Positions 20,448 to 33,110 are shown, counted from the whole stretch's first letter. The stretch: DNA of 63,563 bases, filler included, from Candidatus Fermentibacterota bacterium (GCA_016928395.1; 5 parts of 5 records of this genome joined end to end with filler, not necessarily neighbours in it); one strand, 5' to 3'. Notes: generated by a model not told the origin, from the sequence alone. Numbers and translations are program-made.

Positions 20448-22832
20448 GTGCCCGACCAGATTCGACTCTCTGTTGAAGGCATGTCGTGTGCGAACTGCGC
20501 CAAGGCAATCGAACGGGCCCTTGTCGCACGCGAGGGTGTCAAGTCGGCGGTCGTGAACCTTCCGTCGGCGTCGGTGGCCATCACCTACGATCCCCACGCG
20601 ATCAGCGTGTCGCAGCTGGCAGGCGCGGTGGAAACTGCGGGCTACCGCGTGCCGACACGCCGGATGCAGGCCGAGATCCGCGGCATGCACTGTGCGGCCT
20701 GCGCAACCGCGGTCGAGCGGGCCTTGGCCTCTGTGCCGGGCGTAGTTGACTCGGCCGTCAACAGCGCGACCGGAAAAGCCGCGATCACCGTACTTCCAGA
20801 CCTTGTGGCATCGCCGTCTCTGGCCCATGCGGTACGCGAGGCCGGCTTTGAATGGATCAGCGACAACGGCAGTCCCTCAAAGCATCTTCAAGTCGCCTCA
20901 CAGAAACGATTAGTGTGGGTAGGAATCGCATTCACCACGCCATTGTTTGTGCTGAGCATGGGCGCCGACGCTGGGCTGATTCCCTCTGCCCACGCATGGT
21001 GGTTCGGATGGCTTCTTGCGGCCCTGGCCTTACCGGTGCAGACCATCGTGGCCAAAGACTACTATGTCGGCGCTTTCAAGGCGCTCCGCCTGCGAGTCGG
21101 CACCATGGATCTACTGATCGCCGTGGGGTCTTCGGCCGCGTTCGCGCTCAGTCTGTACCGTCTCATCCGGGGAGTTGAGGGCCACCTCTACTTCGAGACC
21201 GCCGCCGTGATCGTGACGTTGGTGCGCGTGGGAAAGCTGCTGGAGGCCCGCGCTACCCGGAAGACTGGAGAGGCCATCCGAGCACTGGGCGAGCTGCGGC
21301 CTTCCACCGCCACGGTGCTGCGGGACGGCAAGATGGTGGAGATTGCGGTGGAGGGCGTCCAGGAAGGCGATGTCGTCTGGGTAAGGCCGGGTGAGCGTAT
21401 CCCGGTTGACGGCCGCATCGTGGAGGGATCCAGCGCGGTGGACGAGAGCATGCTCACGGGGGAGAGTATGCCGGTAGACAAGACCGTGGGAGACGCCGTC
21501 ACGGCGGGGACTCTGAACCTGAACGGCCTGCTGCGCGTCCTTACCGAGAGGGTGGGACAGGAAACCACGCTGGCCCAGATCATACGGATGGTGGATCAAG
21601 CCCAGAGCACCAAAGCGCCGATCCAACACCTAGCCGATCGGGTAGCCGGAGTCTTCGTGCCTGCGGTGATTGCGGTCGCCGTGCTCACGTTCGCCGGGTG
21701 GGTCACGGTGGGCGGTATTCAGGCGTCGGACGCGCTCGTTCATGCCATTGCCGTGTTGGTGATAGCATGCCCGTGCGCCTTGGGGCTTGCCACACCCACC
21801 GCGGTAGTCGTCGGCTCCGGCCGCGCCGCCCGAATGGGGATACTCTTTCGCAGCGGAGAGACGCTGGAGCGTACCGCGACGATAGATACCATGATGATTG
21901 ACAAGACCGGCACCTTGACCACCGGCCGCCCCGTGGTCACGGATATCGTGGTCTTTCCCGTCGGTGGGCTGGATCAGGCTGGGCTTCTCGCGTACGCCGC
22001 CAGTGTGGAGCAAGGGAGTGATCATCCCATAGCGGTTGCCCTCAGAGAGGCCGCTGCGGCACAAGGCGTGCAGTTACACACGCCGGAGGATTTCGTTGCC
22101 ACCGGCGGTGTCGGAGTCGAAGCCTCCATTGAGGGACGCCGGGTCATGGTGCATCGCGCCGCCGAGGTATCTCCCGATGCTCCTGAGAATGCCTCGCTCT
22201 GGAGCCTTCGTCGCCAGGGCAAAACGGTGGCCGCGGTGACCATCGACGGCGAGCTCCGGGGTTTGATAGCCGTCGCCGATTCAGCCAGAGATGAGGCAGC
22301 CGAGGCCGTCGCATTGCTCAGGGAGCTTGGTCTCACGACAATCATGCTAACCGGTGACCACGAAACCACCGCGTCGGCCATTGCCGCTGGCGTGGGTATT
22401 GACCAGGCCATGGCGGGGCTTTCTCCCAACGACAAGGCCGACCATGTCCGCAGCGTGCGGGACACGGGCCGCGTGGTGGCCATGGTTGGTGACGGCATCA
22501 ATGACGCGCCGGCCCTTGCCCACGCCGACCTCGGCATCGCCATGGGAAGCGGCTCCGATATCGCTTTGAACACAGCCGATATTGTGCTGTTGGGGGGCGA
22601 TCTTCGAGCGTTGCCCACCTCGGTCGCCCTGGCTCGGGGAACGTTACGCACCATCCGGCAGAACCTGTTCTGGGCCTTCGCGTACAATGTACTCCTGATC
22701 CCCGCGGCGATGCTGGGATTCCTGCATCCCATGATGGCCGCGCTCGCCATGGCGGTGAGCTCGCTGTTCGTGGTGACCAATTCACTGCGTCTCAGGGGCT
22801 TCACGCCCTCATGGAAGGCAGGCCAGGTCTAG
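20448..22832 (+). CDS. copA: Cu(I)-translocating P1B-type ATPase
   Basis: Two HMA domains (CANC, CAAC), [31 protein letters not shown] and MAVSS. Confidence 0.93.
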   Translation: MPDQIRLSVEGMSCANCAKAIERALVAREGVKSAVVNLPSASVAITYDPHAISVSQLAGAVETAGYRVPTRRMQAEIRGMHCAACATAVERALASVPGVVDSAVNSATGKAAITVLPDLVASPSLAHAVREAGFEWISDNGSPSKHLQVASQKRLVWVGIAFTTPLFVLSMGADAGLIPSAHAWWFGWLLAALALPVQTIVAKDYYVGAFKALRLRVGTMDLLIAVGSSAAFALSLYRLIRGVEGHLYFETAAVIVTLVRVGKLLEARATRKTGEAIRALGELRPSTATVLRDGKMVEIAVEGVQEGDVVWVRPGERIPVDGRIVEGSSAVDESMLTGESMPVDKTVGDAVTAGTLNLNGLLRVLTERVGQETTLAQIIRMVDQAQSTKAPIQHLADRVAGVFVPAVIAVAVLTFAGWVTVGGIQASDALVHAIAVLVIACPCALGLATPTAVVVGSGRAARMGILFRSGETLERTATIDTMMIDKTGTLTTGRPVVTDIVVFPVGGLDQAGLLAYAASVEQGSDHPIAVALREAAAAQGVQLHTPEDFVATGGVGVEASIEGRRVMVHRAAEVSPDAPENASLWSLRRQGKTVAAVTIDGELRGLIAVADSARDEAAEAVALLRELGLTTIMLTGDHETTASAIAAGVGIDQAMAGLSPNDKADHVRSVRDTGRVVAMVGDGINDAPALAHADLGIAMGSGSDIALNTADIVLLGGDLRALPTSVALARGTLRTIRQNLFWAFAYNVLLIPAAMLGFLHPMMAALAMAVSSLFVVTNSLRLRGFTPSWKAGQV

Positions 22833-25800
22833 AACTTGTACTTCAGCTTGAGTTGAACCTGGTAGTTCGTACGCGAGTAGACGTCCTGCATTCGTTCGCC
22901 CACAAGCTTCAGGTCGATAGTGTCACCGAGACCCAGTTGCCGGGCGAGCGTTCTCAGGAGGTACTCGATTCGTACTTCGTCAAATCCCATGCTCCGCAGC
23001 CCGCTGGCCACCGAGACGAAAAGTTCGGGTGTCAAGTACTTGCCCAAGCGGACGTGCACGTCCCGATCCTCTGCTGAGAGCAAATTGGGCGAGACCTCAA
23101 GCTCGTCGAGCCCCGCCTCCGCCCGGAGCATCCGCACCAACTCGCCTGCCAGAAATTCCTCCACCGCACCGGCGGCTTCCTTGGCGAAGGCATCTCCTTG
23201 CCACAGCGCAAGCACATCATCCGGCGTGAGGTTAAAGAGCAGCATGGTCTTAATCTGTTCCTCGCTGTATCCCTCCTCGTCAGCCGACACACGCAGCACT
23301 GGGTCATCCACCTTTCCCGTGACGGTGAGCGTAAGGGTGATATCCGAACCATCACGACGGTCAGCCCGTACCGTGGTGGTGGCCGTCACGTTCAGCTCGG
23401 GGATGATCAAAGGCCCGCCCAGAAAGGAGACTCGCCCCTCCTGGAGGGTGAACTTGCGCCCGAGATAGAGATAGGTACCCCGGAGCACGTCGAAATCGCC
23501 CTGCATAGAAATGATCCCGTGTTCCTTTGCCACCACGACGTGCCCGGCCACCTCGGCATTGAGAAACCGATCACGTACCCATACGCCTCGATCCGCGACG
23601 ATGTTTATGAACCATCGATCATCCCTGCCCGACGCGCTGGGAGGAGCGGGTTCAATGGGGATGGACGGAAGGTCGATGAGCCCCTCGATCAGCCTCGCTT
23701 CGCCATCCAGGGCGATACCCATCCCTCGTTTTGCCAAAGTGATGTCAGCATCATAGATCCCGTAGATCCCACGAAGAATCCGGAACTCCTGCATACGTCC
23801 GGTGATATCGAATGACGCGGAGTCCAGGATCAGCCCGGGCAGATCAAGCCGACCCTTCAGCCCGGCATGGCCCTTTCCCGATAGTCCCTGTACGTCGTCG
23901 ATGATGATGCTGTGACCTTCCAGACGGCCCAGACCCTGCACGGATCGGAACGCTGTTCGGATGGGCTTCACAATGATCTCGGCCCCGCCATCGACCGCCA
24001 TGGAACCCGTGAGCACCGGTTTCGAGAGCGAACCGGATACGGCCATCCGCGCCGAAATCGTACCTGATCGGGCATCGAAGATGGGTCTGAGCCCTGCATG
24101 AAGCAGTTCGTCGGAGAGAATCAAGACCTTTCCCAAGGGGCTCTGCTGGGTCTCAGCCTCCGCCAGAAGAACGCCGGTGGAATCGATCCGGCCGTGACCT
24201 GTGATTCTGAGATCGGCATGAGTGATTTCGAGGGAATGCACGATGGTCTCCCGTGGATCGCGGGAGATGCAGAGTTCAATATCCACGGGGAAATCCGCCA
24301 TGACTGGCAGTCGTCGGAGCTCCTTGACGCTGGCCAATCCACGGACCGTGGCCCCGGCGTGAATCACGCCGTAACCCCGGCCGGTGAAGGATCCCGGGAT
24401 ACCGCCGAGGTGTGCCGCGACACCCATGGGTATGTGGCGCATGAGCACGACCCCGCCGAGGTGGCCCGGTGCCCACGCAATGTCACTGGCGTCCACCAGG
24501 CCCCCTCCGGACATAGCCAGCCGAAGCTGGGGAAGCCGCAACGTGCCGCCCTCTCGTTCGATGGCCGCACCGCCGATCAAGGCAACTGCCCAGCGGTCAG
24601 AGAGCGCCATGAGATGGGCGATCCTGCCGGAACGCCCCCGCCATTCTCCGTTCCCCCCTACCAACACACCCCCCGGCCTCAGAAAAGTCGCCTCGGAGGC
24701 CACCACGGCCTCCTTCGATGCCTCGAGCACTATGCGGCCTGCCAATAGCAGAACTTCTTCCCCACGGCACAACCTTCCCAGCGAGGCGATTCCCTCCGCG
24801 TGCCATTCTCCGCCCCGTAGACCGGCCGAACCGGCAAATGACCCAGAGGAAAGCTCCACGTTGCGAATTCGAACAGCATTCATCGTGAGTGTCCCCGCCC
24901 ATCCAAAGTCCGGGAAACTGCCCGAAAGAGAACCCTTCATTCGTGCGTCGCCTGCGAGGAACTCCCCCCCCGTGAACGGTGCGAGAAGGGGGCCGATAGA
25001 TCCTTGGAAGTCATGCCACAGGCGTACTGCTGTTGCCGACATGCAACCGTGTGCGGATCCTCTGAGTGTGCCTTCCGCAACGGTGAGCTCGTGGACAGTT
25101 GCAACGCCGTCCTGCCACCCAACACGGGCGTCAACAGAACCGAGTCGCCATGACTTCCACGCCAGATGGCCCGAGCTCAAGGTGGCGGTCAAACCGCGGG
25201 AAGCGCCTGCAAGGCCTCCTTCCGCTTCCAACTCACCGGAAACGACAACCACTCCGCCCAGTGAACCGGGAGGAATGATTCCGATGGAATCGGCACGCAA
25301 GGATGTCTCCACCCACCAGCCGGCGTCCTGACGCACCAGCCGCCCTGATCCGGCCAACTGCCCGCCATCGTGCCGAAGCAGAAAGCGCCGCGCCACAAAG
25401 GCCCCCGGCCTGGCTTGGAAGCCGGTGCCCACCTCGTCGACTCTCAAGGATCCCCATTGAAGCCGAGAGATGTCGACCCTTCCCCGCGCGTCAAGTCCTT
25501 GCCCGCTGGCTTCGATGTGGGCGATGCCGCCAAGGCTGTCCGCCAAAGACGCGACCAGGCTCGACCACACAGAGAGATCGACGCTGTCGGCAGCCACGTC
25601 CCAGGTCCAGCCGCCCTCTGCCTCGGATGCGGTACCCGAGAACATGCCTGCAGTAGTGGCTATGGTGATCTGGGCGTCCCATGGCCCAAGTGCCAACCGC
25701 CAGAGGCTCGCATGTCCACGTACGTCAATGCGGTCGTGAATGGATACGTGTGCACTCCGGATCCGGATGGATGATTCAGGCCCTCCGAGCCGGATTAGGG

Positions 25801-26308
25801 CCTCCACCTCGGCGACACGCAAGGGGATCAAGCTCTTGCCAACCGACATGAGCATGCTCCCGTTGTTCAGAGCTAAGTCAACCACTTCCAGAGTTGGGAC
25901 CCGTTCGTCACCGGGGGTGGCGCGTCGCCGGTGCAAGGCGCCCGGAGCCAGCACCGCTGTCCAACCACTCACGGAGATTGAGCGAAACCGCAGCGTGCCA
26001 CCCGCTAAATCACGCCACTCAGGTCGAATCACAAGCCGCGCCGCGGTGACAGAAGAACCTTCGGTCGGCCAGCCCGCAACGTAAAGACCCTTGATTTCGA
26101 CCCCCGTGGTGAAACTGACTCGGATATCATCGTAGTGGATATCCGCCTGCAGCAGATCTGACAGCCACCGGGCCGCAGCGGCGTCGATCACTCCCTTACC
26201 AAACAACGCCATCAACGCTCCGGCCAGCAGAAGTGCGATACCCAGACCGACGATGATGCCCCGCACTAGCCGCAGCAGGGCGCGTGTGCTTCGTCCTACT
26301 CGGGTCAT
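22829..26308 (-). CDS. tamB: Translocation/assembly module TamB (DUF490) family protein
   Basis: N-terminal anchor, AsmA-like beta repeats, C-terminal [33 protein letters not shown]; adjacent to an Omp85 gene. Confidence 0.8.
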   Translation of the reverse strand: MTRVGRSTRALLRLVRGIIVGLGIALLLAGALMALFGKGVIDAAAARWLSDLLQADIHYDDIRVSFTTGVEIKGLYVAGWPTEGSSVTAARLVIRPEWRDLAGGTLRFRSISVSGWTAVLAPGALHRRRATPGDERVPTLEVVDLALNNGSMLMSVGKSLIPLRVAEVEALIRLGGPESSIRIRSAHVSIHDRIDVRGHASLWRLALGPWDAQITIATTAGMFSGTASEAEGGWTWDVAADSVDLSVWSSLVASLADSLGGIAHIEASGQGLDARGRVDISRLQWGSLRVDEVGTGFQARPGAFVARRFLLRHDGGQLAGSGRLVRQDAGWWVETSLRADSIGIIPPGSLGGVVVVSGELEAEGGLAGASRGLTATLSSGHLAWKSWRLGSVDARVGWQDGVATVHELTVAEGTLRGSAHGCMSATAVRLWHDFQGSIGPLLAPFTGGEFLAGDARMKGSLSGSFPDFGWAGTLTMNAVRIRNVELSSGSFAGSAGLRGGEWHAEGIASLGRLCRGEEVLLLAGRIVLEASKEAVVASEATFLRPGGVLVGGNGEWRGRSGRIAHLMALSDRWAVALIGGAAIEREGGTLRLPQLRLAMSGGGLVDASDIAWAPGHLGGVVLMRHIPMGVAAHLGGIPGSFTGRGYGVIHAGATVRGLASVKELRRLPVMADFPVDIELCISRDPRETIVHSLEITHADLRITGHGRIDSTGVLLAEAETQQSPLGKVLILSDELLHAGLRPIFDARSGTISARMAVSGSLSKPVLTGSMAVDGGAEIIVKPIRTAFRSVQGLGRLEGHSIIIDDVQGLSGKGHAGLKGRLDLPGLILDSASFDITGRMQEFRILRGIYGIYDADITLAKRGMGIALDGEARLIEGLIDLPSIPIEPAPPSASGRDDRWFINIVADRGVWVRDRFLNAEVAGHVVVAKEHGIISMQGDFDVLRGTYLYLGRKFTLQEGRVSFLGGPLIIPELNVTATTTVRADRRDGSDITLTLTVTGKVDDPVLRVSADEEGYSEEQIKTMLLFNLTPDDVLALWQGDAFAKEAAGAVEEFLAGELVRMLRAEAGLDELEVSPNLLSAEDRDVHVRLGKYLTPELFVSVASGLRSMGFDEVRIEYLLRTLARQLGLGDTIDLKLVGERMQDVYSRTNYQVQLKLKYKF

Positions 26309-26500
26309 GGATCGCCTCCCGATCTGACCTGTCGGTCGATGCGACAGCGGCACCCATCGATGGCGCGCAAGAGAAGCGGAGGCCTATGCCACGGGATAAA
26401 CAACGCTGAGTAAGAAGACCGGGGAGGCCTTTGCAGCAGCAGCCTCGACACCACGGGACACGTGGGCCCCGGAATGAGGCGGAAATGAAACGGCTGGACG

Positions 26501-28276
26501 CTAAAACGCATGACCCAATGTGATGTAGACCCGACCCAACCGCCGACCGCGAAGCGGGATGCCCCAATCAAGACGAACAGGGCCAATCACCGTCGCATAT
26601 CGCAACCCCCCACCTGCAGTCGGCTCCAAGGTACCCACCGCCGCCTGGCGCCAACGTTCCCATACCTGGCCGCAGTCAAAGAAGGCAGCCACCCCGACAT
26701 ATCCCCAGACAGGCACGCGAGCCTCAGCGGAGAAAATCGCCATAGCCTCGCCGCCCAAAGGGTTCCCGGCATTGTCAACCGGACCAAGCCCCTCTTCCGT
26801 GAATCCCCTCACCGTGTTCGCCCCACCGGCACGAAATCGCTCCTCTTCCGGAGCCGTCGGCGAGTTCCCCAAAGGACGAATCAGACCCGCGGTAGCCCGG
26901 AAGGCCATTGTCGTCTCCCAGAAACGGTGATAGAGGCTGAAGTCCGCCAAGGTCTTGCGGAAGGACCAATCACCACCCAGCAACCCCCCGGCATGCGTAA
27001 TCTGCACCCGAACAAGCTGCCCTCCGGTTGGATCAGTGAATGATGTCCTCCTGTCAACGGAAAGAATGAGACCCAAGCTGTTTGTAATGGGGCGTTTGCT
27101 CTCCTCCAGGATAAAGTCCGATGGGTCCTCGCCCCTGATTTCCGTGGTCCTCGATCGGTACCGATAGCGTCCGGTTATCGAAGCGCGTTCGCGCCACGAC
27201 TTCCCGAGTTCAACGGTGGTGCCTGCCGCTTCCGACCAGGCATTGGGATCCGACCTCCACAAGTAGTCAAAAGTCACGCCGGCGTCGACGGGTAATCCCA
27301 AGAGCCATGGCTGAAAGAAGGATGCTTCTGCGGTGTACTGCTGCCGGTCAGTCACCCAACCTCGGTCGAGGCCAAGGCTCAGTCGGGTACTGGCGGCAAT
27401 GCCCAAGAGGTTCTGATGTCCCACGGCCAGCGAGAGGGCGCTGCGATCGGGCGACGCGTAGCCAATACCCGACTCGATGAAACGGCCCGGGGCCTCCCGG
27501 ACTTGGATAAAGACCCGCAGTGTCTCCTCGGCGGCCTCCATGCCGGGCACTAAGATGCGCACGCTGGAGAACAGCCCCGTAGCCAGCAGCAATCGCTGGC
27601 TGTCATAGACATCTCCTGGGCGGAATAGCCGCCCAGGAATCAGACGAATCCAACGCATCGCAACGTGCGGTTTGAGCCTCTGCAGGCCCGCTATTGAGAC
27701 CTCGCCGACCCACGCGAGCGTTCCCTCCTCGATGGTCACGGTGACTGTCGCTCGATCGCCCTCAACGACGATGATCGGGGTTGCCTTGGCGTGCACATAC
27801 CCCTCCTCTGCCAAGGCTGCACGGACACGCCCTAACCCCAGTTCCAGCTTGATCCTGTCCACCCGCTCCCCGGGCGCCAGCCCCAGCAACTCCATTAGTC
27901 GTGACGCAGGCACGGCGCCGCCTCCCACCACCGATACCGCTGCGGCCCTCAACGCCGGGCCGGGATCAACGATGTAAACTAACCTGATACCCGTGCGCTC
28001 CATGAAGGCTTCGACGGTGTCCAGGGTGGCCTGGTGAAACCCCCGGGAGCGATAGTAGGCGATGATGCGATCCTTGTCCTTGGTCCATTCATAATGATCG
28101 AACAGCTCGCCGGGAACCATGGACAACAAGGCGTCGTGGGCCACATCGACTCCTGACAACGCCCCACGGTCAACGAGGTCAAGCTGCCGCACGAGGTACT
28201 CTGCGGGAAATCTCGGCGCCTCCCGCGCCACCATGGCGCACGACACGAACAGCAAAAGTGGAAAGAGTCGCCTCAT
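26501..28276 (-). CDS. Omp85 family TamA/BamA-like outer membrane protein
   Basis: POTRA-like YYRSRGF and LAEEGY repeats, ERFRAGGANTVRGF, GGGLRYATVIGPVRLDWG, terminal F. Confidence 0.9.
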   Translation of the reverse strand: MRRLFPLLLFVSCAMVAREAPRFPAEYLVRQLDLVDRGALSGVDVAHDALLSMVPGELFDHYEWTKDKDRIIAYYRSRGFHQATLDTVEAFMERTGIRLVYIVDPGPALRAAAVSVVGGGAVPASRLMELLGLAPGERVDRIKLELGLGRVRAALAEEGYVHAKATPIIVVEGDRATVTVTIEEGTLAWVGEVSIAGLQRLKPHVAMRWIRLIPGRLFRPGDVYDSQRLLLATGLFSSVRILVPGMEAAEETLRVFIQVREAPGRFIESGIGYASPDRSALSLAVGHQNLLGIAASTRLSLGLDRGWVTDRQQYTAEASFFQPWLLGLPVDAGVTFDYLWRSDPNAWSEAAGTTVELGKSWRERASITGRYRYRSRTTEIRGEDPSDFILEESKRPITNSLGLILSVDRRTSFTDPTGGQLVRVQITHAGGLLGGDWSFRKTLADFSLYHRFWETTMAFRATAGLIRPLGNSPTAPEEERFRAGGANTVRGFTEEGLGPVDNAGNPLGGEAMAIFSAEARVPVWGYVGVAAFFDCGQVWERWRQAAVGTLEPTAGGGLRYATVIGPVRLDWGIPLRGRRLGRVYITLGHAF

Positions 28277-29223
28277 GACCGGGCCTCCAGGCCTACCGTC
28301 ATGTGGTTCACTATGTCCTCCAGCGTGATGATGCCCACCTGCACACCTCCGTGCACCACCGCCACGACATGCTCCGCCGACGCGCGCATGGTCTCGATGA
28401 TCTTCTCCAAACCGGCATCTTGGTCGACCTCGGGAAGAGGGGATGCGAGCTTGGAAAGCGGGCCAGCCCCTCTGCTCTCCAATAGATCAAACACGTGTAT
28501 GAACCCGATCCACCAGCCCCCGCGCTCCAAGGGGTACAGGGGCAACCCCGTGCCGCGCACCGTGGGTATGACATCAGCCAAGGACACATCAGCGGGAAGG
28601 GCGACTACGCGTTCTCGGGGAACCATGACATCACCCGCGATTCGTTGAGCAGTAGCTATTCGGCCCTCCAGCAACCGGCTGATGGTCCCCGACAACCGGA
28701 CGCTGCTCACCCCGGGCCGCACGAGAAGCAGGAGTTCCTCGCGGGAGACCGACACGGCCGCTCCACCGCCCCTGCGACACACAAGCCGAGCCGGGGCACT
28801 CGCCACCATCGCCAAAGGCCCCAGCACCATACGGAGCACACCCAGAGGTCGCGACAGAGGCACGCACAGAGTGCGCGCATGGGCGAGGAAGTAGCTCTTG
28901 GGAAGGATCTCGCTGAGCACCAGAAACACCGGCGTCAGTATGAGCGTCGCCAACACTTCCCCTCTGCCGGGGGAAACCCGGTCAAACAGCCTGGTGGCTG
29001 CCACTGTGCCGCCTATCACCGACATGTTAGTGCCAACCAGAAGACTCGTCAGATATGGTTCAGGCTTCTGCAACGCCTGCTCCATACTCTTGGCCCCCGC
29101 AAGCCCTTTCCGCGCCAGATGCCGCACTTTGAGCCGCGGGCACGCCAGGAAGGCCGTCTCCACGCCACTGAAGAGACCAGCCCCGGCGATGCTGATGAGA
29201 ACGAAGATGGCCAAGAGGATCAT
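28273..29223 (-). CDS. CNNM/DUF21 + CBS domain protein
   Basis: FSGVETAF, LLVGTN, SEILPK, VMVPRE, GIITLEDI. Confidence 0.9.
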   Translation of the reverse strand: MILLAIFVLISIAGAGLFSGVETAFLACPRLKVRHLARKGLAGAKSMEQALQKPEPYLTSLLVGTNMSVIGGTVAATRLFDRVSPGRGEVLATLILTPVFLVLSEILPKSYFLAHARTLCVPLSRPLGVLRMVLGPLAMVASAPARLVCRRGGGAAVSVSREELLLLVRPGVSSVRLSGTISRLLEGRIATAQRIAGDVMVPRERVVALPADVSLADVIPTVRGTGLPLYPLERGGWWIGFIHVFDLLESRGAGPLSKLASPLPEVDQDAGLEKIIETMRASAEHVVAVVHGGVQVGIITLEDIVNHMTVGLEARS

Positions 29224-30485
29224 GGCGAGATCCCCTTGGTCATCGTACGGAGGGAGACTTCCAAGACCCTTCGGCTGTCAGCCCGCGTGACGAGAACCAG
29301 CAAACCCTCGGGCAATTCCACCGACTCCCCGCCGGCCGGAATGCAACCAAGGATCTGGGCGACTCGGCCCCCGATGGTCTCCACCTCGTCATCATCGATG
29401 ATCATGCCCAGTTCCGTTCGAAGCCGTTCGAGTGGGAAGGTGCCGGGCACCAGCCAACCTCCATCACCATCCGGCATCATCGCCGGCGATGCAGGATCGT
29501 GCCGATCCGGAACCGGACCAAAAACCTGTTCAACCACGTCGTGGATGGTAACCAGTCCGGCCACGGAACCGAACTCGTCGACGACAACCGCAATACTCTC
29601 ACCCTCCACGCGAAGACGGAGCAAGAGACGATCGAGGGTGAGATTCTCCGGCACAAACAAGGCTGGCCTGGCCAGCTCTTTGGCGGTCTGATATGCAACA
29701 AGAGGACCGGCAAGGTCGTTGGCCCTCAGCATCCCAATGATGGTGTCCACCGAACCGGCGAAGACCGGAAGCCGGGTTCGCCGTAGCCGACGTACCAGTC
29801 TACGCAGTTCCGTTACGGGAGTAGTCTGCTCGATGGCACGGATGTGTACCCGTGGCGTCATGACCTCCCGCACGCGTATCTCCTCCAGATCAAGCAAGGC
29901 CAGAAGGAGGTCAGACTCGAACGGCTGAAGGTGCCCCGCCTCCTCCGCCTCTTCCACGGCGGTATGCAGCTCGGCGCGCTCCAGCAGGTGTCGCGTGCTG
30001 TGGCTGTACCAACCGGAGGTCATGGGCGCCATGGCCCGCATGATGAGCGCGCGAAGCGGCGCCAACACGATGTAGAGACCGTGAAGAACCGGAGCACCAC
30101 GACGCGCCCACGACTCCGATCTCTGTAAGGCGAAGATCTTCGGGGTTGTCTCTCCCGCGACCAAGACAAGCAGCGTCATGCCGATCCAGGCAACCCAGGG
30201 TCCTGTGTTCTCGCCCAAGACCGCCACGAGGATTTGCGTGGCGCGGCTTGTGGCCAGCAGATTCACGACCAGATTGGAGAGCAGAATTGTAATGAGGAGG
30301 CCTTGAGGGTTTCGCAGCAGTTGGGCTGCTGCCCGCTCCGAGCCTCGTGGTGCCTCCCGGAAACGCTGCACGGCCGATGCGGGTAAAGAGAATAAGGCGG
30401 CCTCCGAGCCGGAGAAGAAAGCAGATGCAGCCAAGAGCCCTACGACGAACAGGATTTGTGGCAGGATGTCGCCGGTGGCCATCAT
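29220..30485 (-). CDS. Hemolysin-family CNNM/CBS/CorC protein
   Basis: FFSGSEAALFSL, GETTPK, VMTPR, VVDEFGSVAGLVT, ETIGG. Confidence 0.92.
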   Translation of the reverse strand: MMATGDILPQILFVVGLLAASAFFSGSEAALFSLPASAVQRFREAPRGSERAAAQLLRNPQGLLITILLSNLVVNLLATSRATQILVAVLGENTGPWVAWIGMTLLVLVAGETTPKIFALQRSESWARRGAPVLHGLYIVLAPLRALIMRAMAPMTSGWYSHSTRHLLERAELHTAVEEAEEAGHLQPFESDLLLALLDLEEIRVREVMTPRVHIRAIEQTTPVTELRRLVRRLRRTRLPVFAGSVDTIIGMLRANDLAGPLVAYQTAKELARPALFVPENLTLDRLLLRLRVEGESIAVVVDEFGSVAGLVTIHDVVEQVFGPVPDRHDPASPAMMPDGDGGWLVPGTFPLERLRTELGMIIDDDEVETIGGRVAQILGCIPAGGESVELPEGLLVLVTRADSRRVLEVSLRTMTKGISP

Positions 30486-31028
30486 GACACGGGCTCTGTC
30501 ATTGTGGAGCCCTGCACGACCTCGGCCAGGGGATAGGAAGCACGGATGAGGCGCCCGACCGTTTCCGGCGTGGCGGTCAGGATGGCTACTGTGCCGGCGA
30601 CCATGCCTGTGGATTCAGCGCCGCAGGTGAATCCTTCAGGCCGGGCTCGCGGCACGACGGACCGCTGTCGTGTGTGTGCGGTCATGGGGGACTCTCTGTG
30701 TTGGGACCAGGTGTTCCGGCGATCATGGACTCCTTGAACCGGATGCTTCCGGCGTGTGCGTTACATTTGTGCGACTTCATCGACTGCGCTACTGCGCATG
30801 TGAGGAGCATCAAGAAACAGAGGGACAGCGTCAGCCGCCAGTTAGGCGGGTTTCGGGGTCCTTCGATGGGCCTGGCTGATGAACCGCCGGCACCTGAGCC
30901 GATGCCTCCTACTACGTGCCGGCGGTCCAATAGGACCTGGTGAGTGCATCAGTGAGTCGAAGCGAGGGCAACACTGTGCGATGCAGTTCTTTCCAGGCTA
31001 TTCTCCCCCGGGAAACGGGTCCCACATC

Positions 31029-31757
31029 ATGACTCTGCACCTTCCCCCTCGTAAACGCCCGTGGACGCGTGCGCTGCTCTATTCCGGCTGGGCTCTGGCA
31101 GCCGTGTTCGCCGTGGTCGCCTACAGGGAGCACTCCCTGGCGCGTGTGGCCCGAGCCGGCATGTCCTTGGCCCAACAAGAAACCGCCCGGATGCGGCTGC
31201 TGGAACAGGATCTCTACCGGCTTAAGACCCGCCAGGACTGGCTCGTGGGGCTTCTGCAGTCGGTCCGGCAATCGGTCGACTCTGATTCTCTACCCCTGAA
31301 CCCGCTCACCGAAACGGCAGTGCCGGATCTTTCCATGGGGCCTGACTCGACATTCACCGATCTCGCCATCGATAACCCCGTCCCGCATTTGTGGCCCGTC
31401 ACCGGGTGGGTGACCCAGGAGTTTCGGCACCCCAAGAGCCCTCGTCACCAGGGGATCGACATCGCCGACAAGCTGGGAACGCCAGTGGTGGCGCCGGCCC
31501 GGGGCGAAGTGTTCAAGATATACTGGGACGATACTATGGGCCGGGTGCTGGAGATCCAACATATCGAAGGGCATCTTACCAGGTATGCCCACCTCCAGAC
31601 CGTTGAGGTACAGCCGGGAGATCCTATCGAGGCGGGCCAGATGGTGGCCCGCCTCGGTACGTCGGGGAAGAGCACGGCACCTCATCTGCACTACGAGGTG
31701 GAAATCCGTGGAGAGCTAGTCGATCCGGCCAAGTTCCTTCCCAATTACGACAATTGA
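31029..31757 (+). CDS. M23 family metallopeptidase
   Basis: N-terminal TM and coiled segment; WPVTG, HQGIDI, YAHL, STAPHLHYEV. Confidence 0.9.
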   Translation: MTLHLPPRKRPWTRALLYSGWALAAVFAVVAYREHSLARVARAGMSLAQQETARMRLLEQDLYRLKTRQDWLVGLLQSVRQSVDSDSLPLNPLTETAVPDLSMGPDSTFTDLAIDNPVPHLWPVTGWVTQEFRHPKSPRHQGIDIADKLGTPVVAPARGEVFKIYWDDTMGRVLEIQHIEGHLTRYAHLQTVEVQPGDPIEAGQMVARLGTSGKSTAPHLHYEVEIRGELVDPAKFLPNYDN

Positions 31758-31914
31758 TACGCTGACCACCGACGACGAACACGAAGACAAGAGCGATGAC
31801 GACCGGGTCGCACGACGCGACAGGGGATGGCCTCCGGGTGGTCAGGAAACTCAGCCTGGATTGCCCCGACGCGCCGGGCAATGACAGGAGCAAGGGCCGA
31901 GGTCACCACGCGTG

Positions 31915-32109
31915 TCGTCCGGGCGAACCAGGGACGAGCATGGACGGTGTAGGAGGGCCTTCAGACCCGACAGCGGTGGCGTGTCGCGGCGGACGCCGCT
32001 ACAGCGAAGTCGAGGCGGCGCCCACCGGTGCAATGCGGCGTTCTCTCCGACCCTTGAGCGAGCCGTTAGGGAACCCGCGCACTCAGAGGCGTCATTGACC
32101 CCCGAACCC
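31915..32109 (+). repeat. Modular intergenic repeat, copy 2 (diverged)
   Basis: CCAGGGACGAGCATGGAC..GTAGGAGGGCCTTCAGACCCGACAG..GTGGCGTGTCGCGGC closely matches the reverse complement of 38890-38960; ends with CTCAGAGGC. Confidence 0.75.
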
Positions 32110-33009
32110 TTACCGTCTGACAGGATAGAGCCGGCCGGCCAACCATACCGCCCCCATGCCCACTGCCCAGCCTGCCGAGACATCCACGGTGTAGTGATAC
32201 CAGCCGTATACCGTGGCAAAGCTGAGCAGGGGAACGAGAACAAGGAAGACATGAAACACCCCGCGGTGATGCTGCCACGCTTGGAGCAACGCTGCCATGG
32301 CTACCGCGCAATGGGAGCTGGGAAAAGCGCCTCCCACCAGGCCGCCCATCTCAACCATTCGATGCTCAAGCCATGTGATGAAATATCCATCCAACGATGC
32401 CGTACGGAAATGCCCGTAGAACAGCCGGGGGCCCTGAGTCGGGAAGATAAGAAAGAGCACAAGACAGACCAAAAACGAAATAAAGATGGCCGCGGCGCTC
32501 TGATGGAAGGCGGCGCGGTCCCGTCGAAGGTAGAGGGGGATGCAGAGGATGTAGGGGATGACATAGTACGAGAAGTACCCGAGGAGCAGGATCTCATTCA
32601 GGGGTCGGTTATAGAACTGCTCGAAGAAGCAGGAAGGGAACCCCCCGAAGAACCGGACGTCGATGGAGAGGAAAAACTCGTCATACCACTTCGTCACGAC
32701 GAGATGCATGAGGTTGCGCATCTCCTCGAAAACGAAGGCGATGCCCCATACGGGATACCAGTCGTAGGTGAGCCGTAGCGGGCGCATGAGGCGGTGCCGA
32801 TTCCAGGCCGCGGCCAGAATCAGCGTGCCTCCAACCAGATTCAGCGCCACGAGCTGGCGCCACTCCTCGGGACGGCGGGGGCTCAACAGAATGGCCACGG
32901 TCAGCCACAGCAGATACCCCGCGGCGATCCAGTCCATGGGCCGCGGCCGAGGGTGACCCCTGAGCGAGACGCGGTCGTTGTTTGAACCGGCTACGGCGTC
33001 ACTCATCAT
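32110..33009 (-). CDS. PAP2-family membrane phosphatase/phosphotransferase
   Basis: Multiple TM segments; FPTQGPR, AFPSSHC, HYTVD motifs. Confidence 0.88.
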   Translation of the reverse strand: MMSDAVAGSNNDRVSLRGHPRPRPMDWIAAGYLLWLTVAILLSPRRPEEWRQLVALNLVGGTLILAAAWNRHRLMRPLRLTYDWYPVWGIAFVFEEMRNLMHLVVTKWYDEFFLSIDVRFFGGFPSCFFEQFYNRPLNEILLLGYFSYYVIPYILCIPLYLRRDRAAFHQSAAAIFISFLVCLVLFLIFPTQGPRLFYGHFRTASLDGYFITWLEHRMVEMGGLVGGAFPSSHCAVAMAALLQAWQHHRGVFHVFLVLVPLLSFATVYGWYHYTVDVSAGWAVGMGAVWLAGRLYPVRR

Positions 33010-33053
33010 CCCGTTCTCCGAATCGTGCGCCGCACCAGGTGATGCAGGCTCCG

Positions 33054-33094
33054 AAAAGCAGCCGAGACGGCCGGGTTCGCCCGGCCGCCTCGGC
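33054..33094 (-). terminator. Probable terminator hairpin downstream of the TonB receptor
   Basis: GCCGAGACGGCCGGG-TTCG-CCCGGCCGCCTCGGC; minus strand continues TGCTTTT. Confidence 0.65.
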
Positions 33095-33110
33095 GTGGAG
33101 AGATACGAGC

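Noticed and set aside
30482-30685. 67-aa ORF overlapping the CNNM start
   Set aside because: The ATGA overlap is suggestive, but the RBS is weak and no motif supports it
30830-32072. attC 3' halves (CAGCCGCCAGTTAGGCG ~30832; TTGAGCGAGCCGTTAGGG ~32054)
   Set aside because: No complementary 5' half found and no integrase in the window
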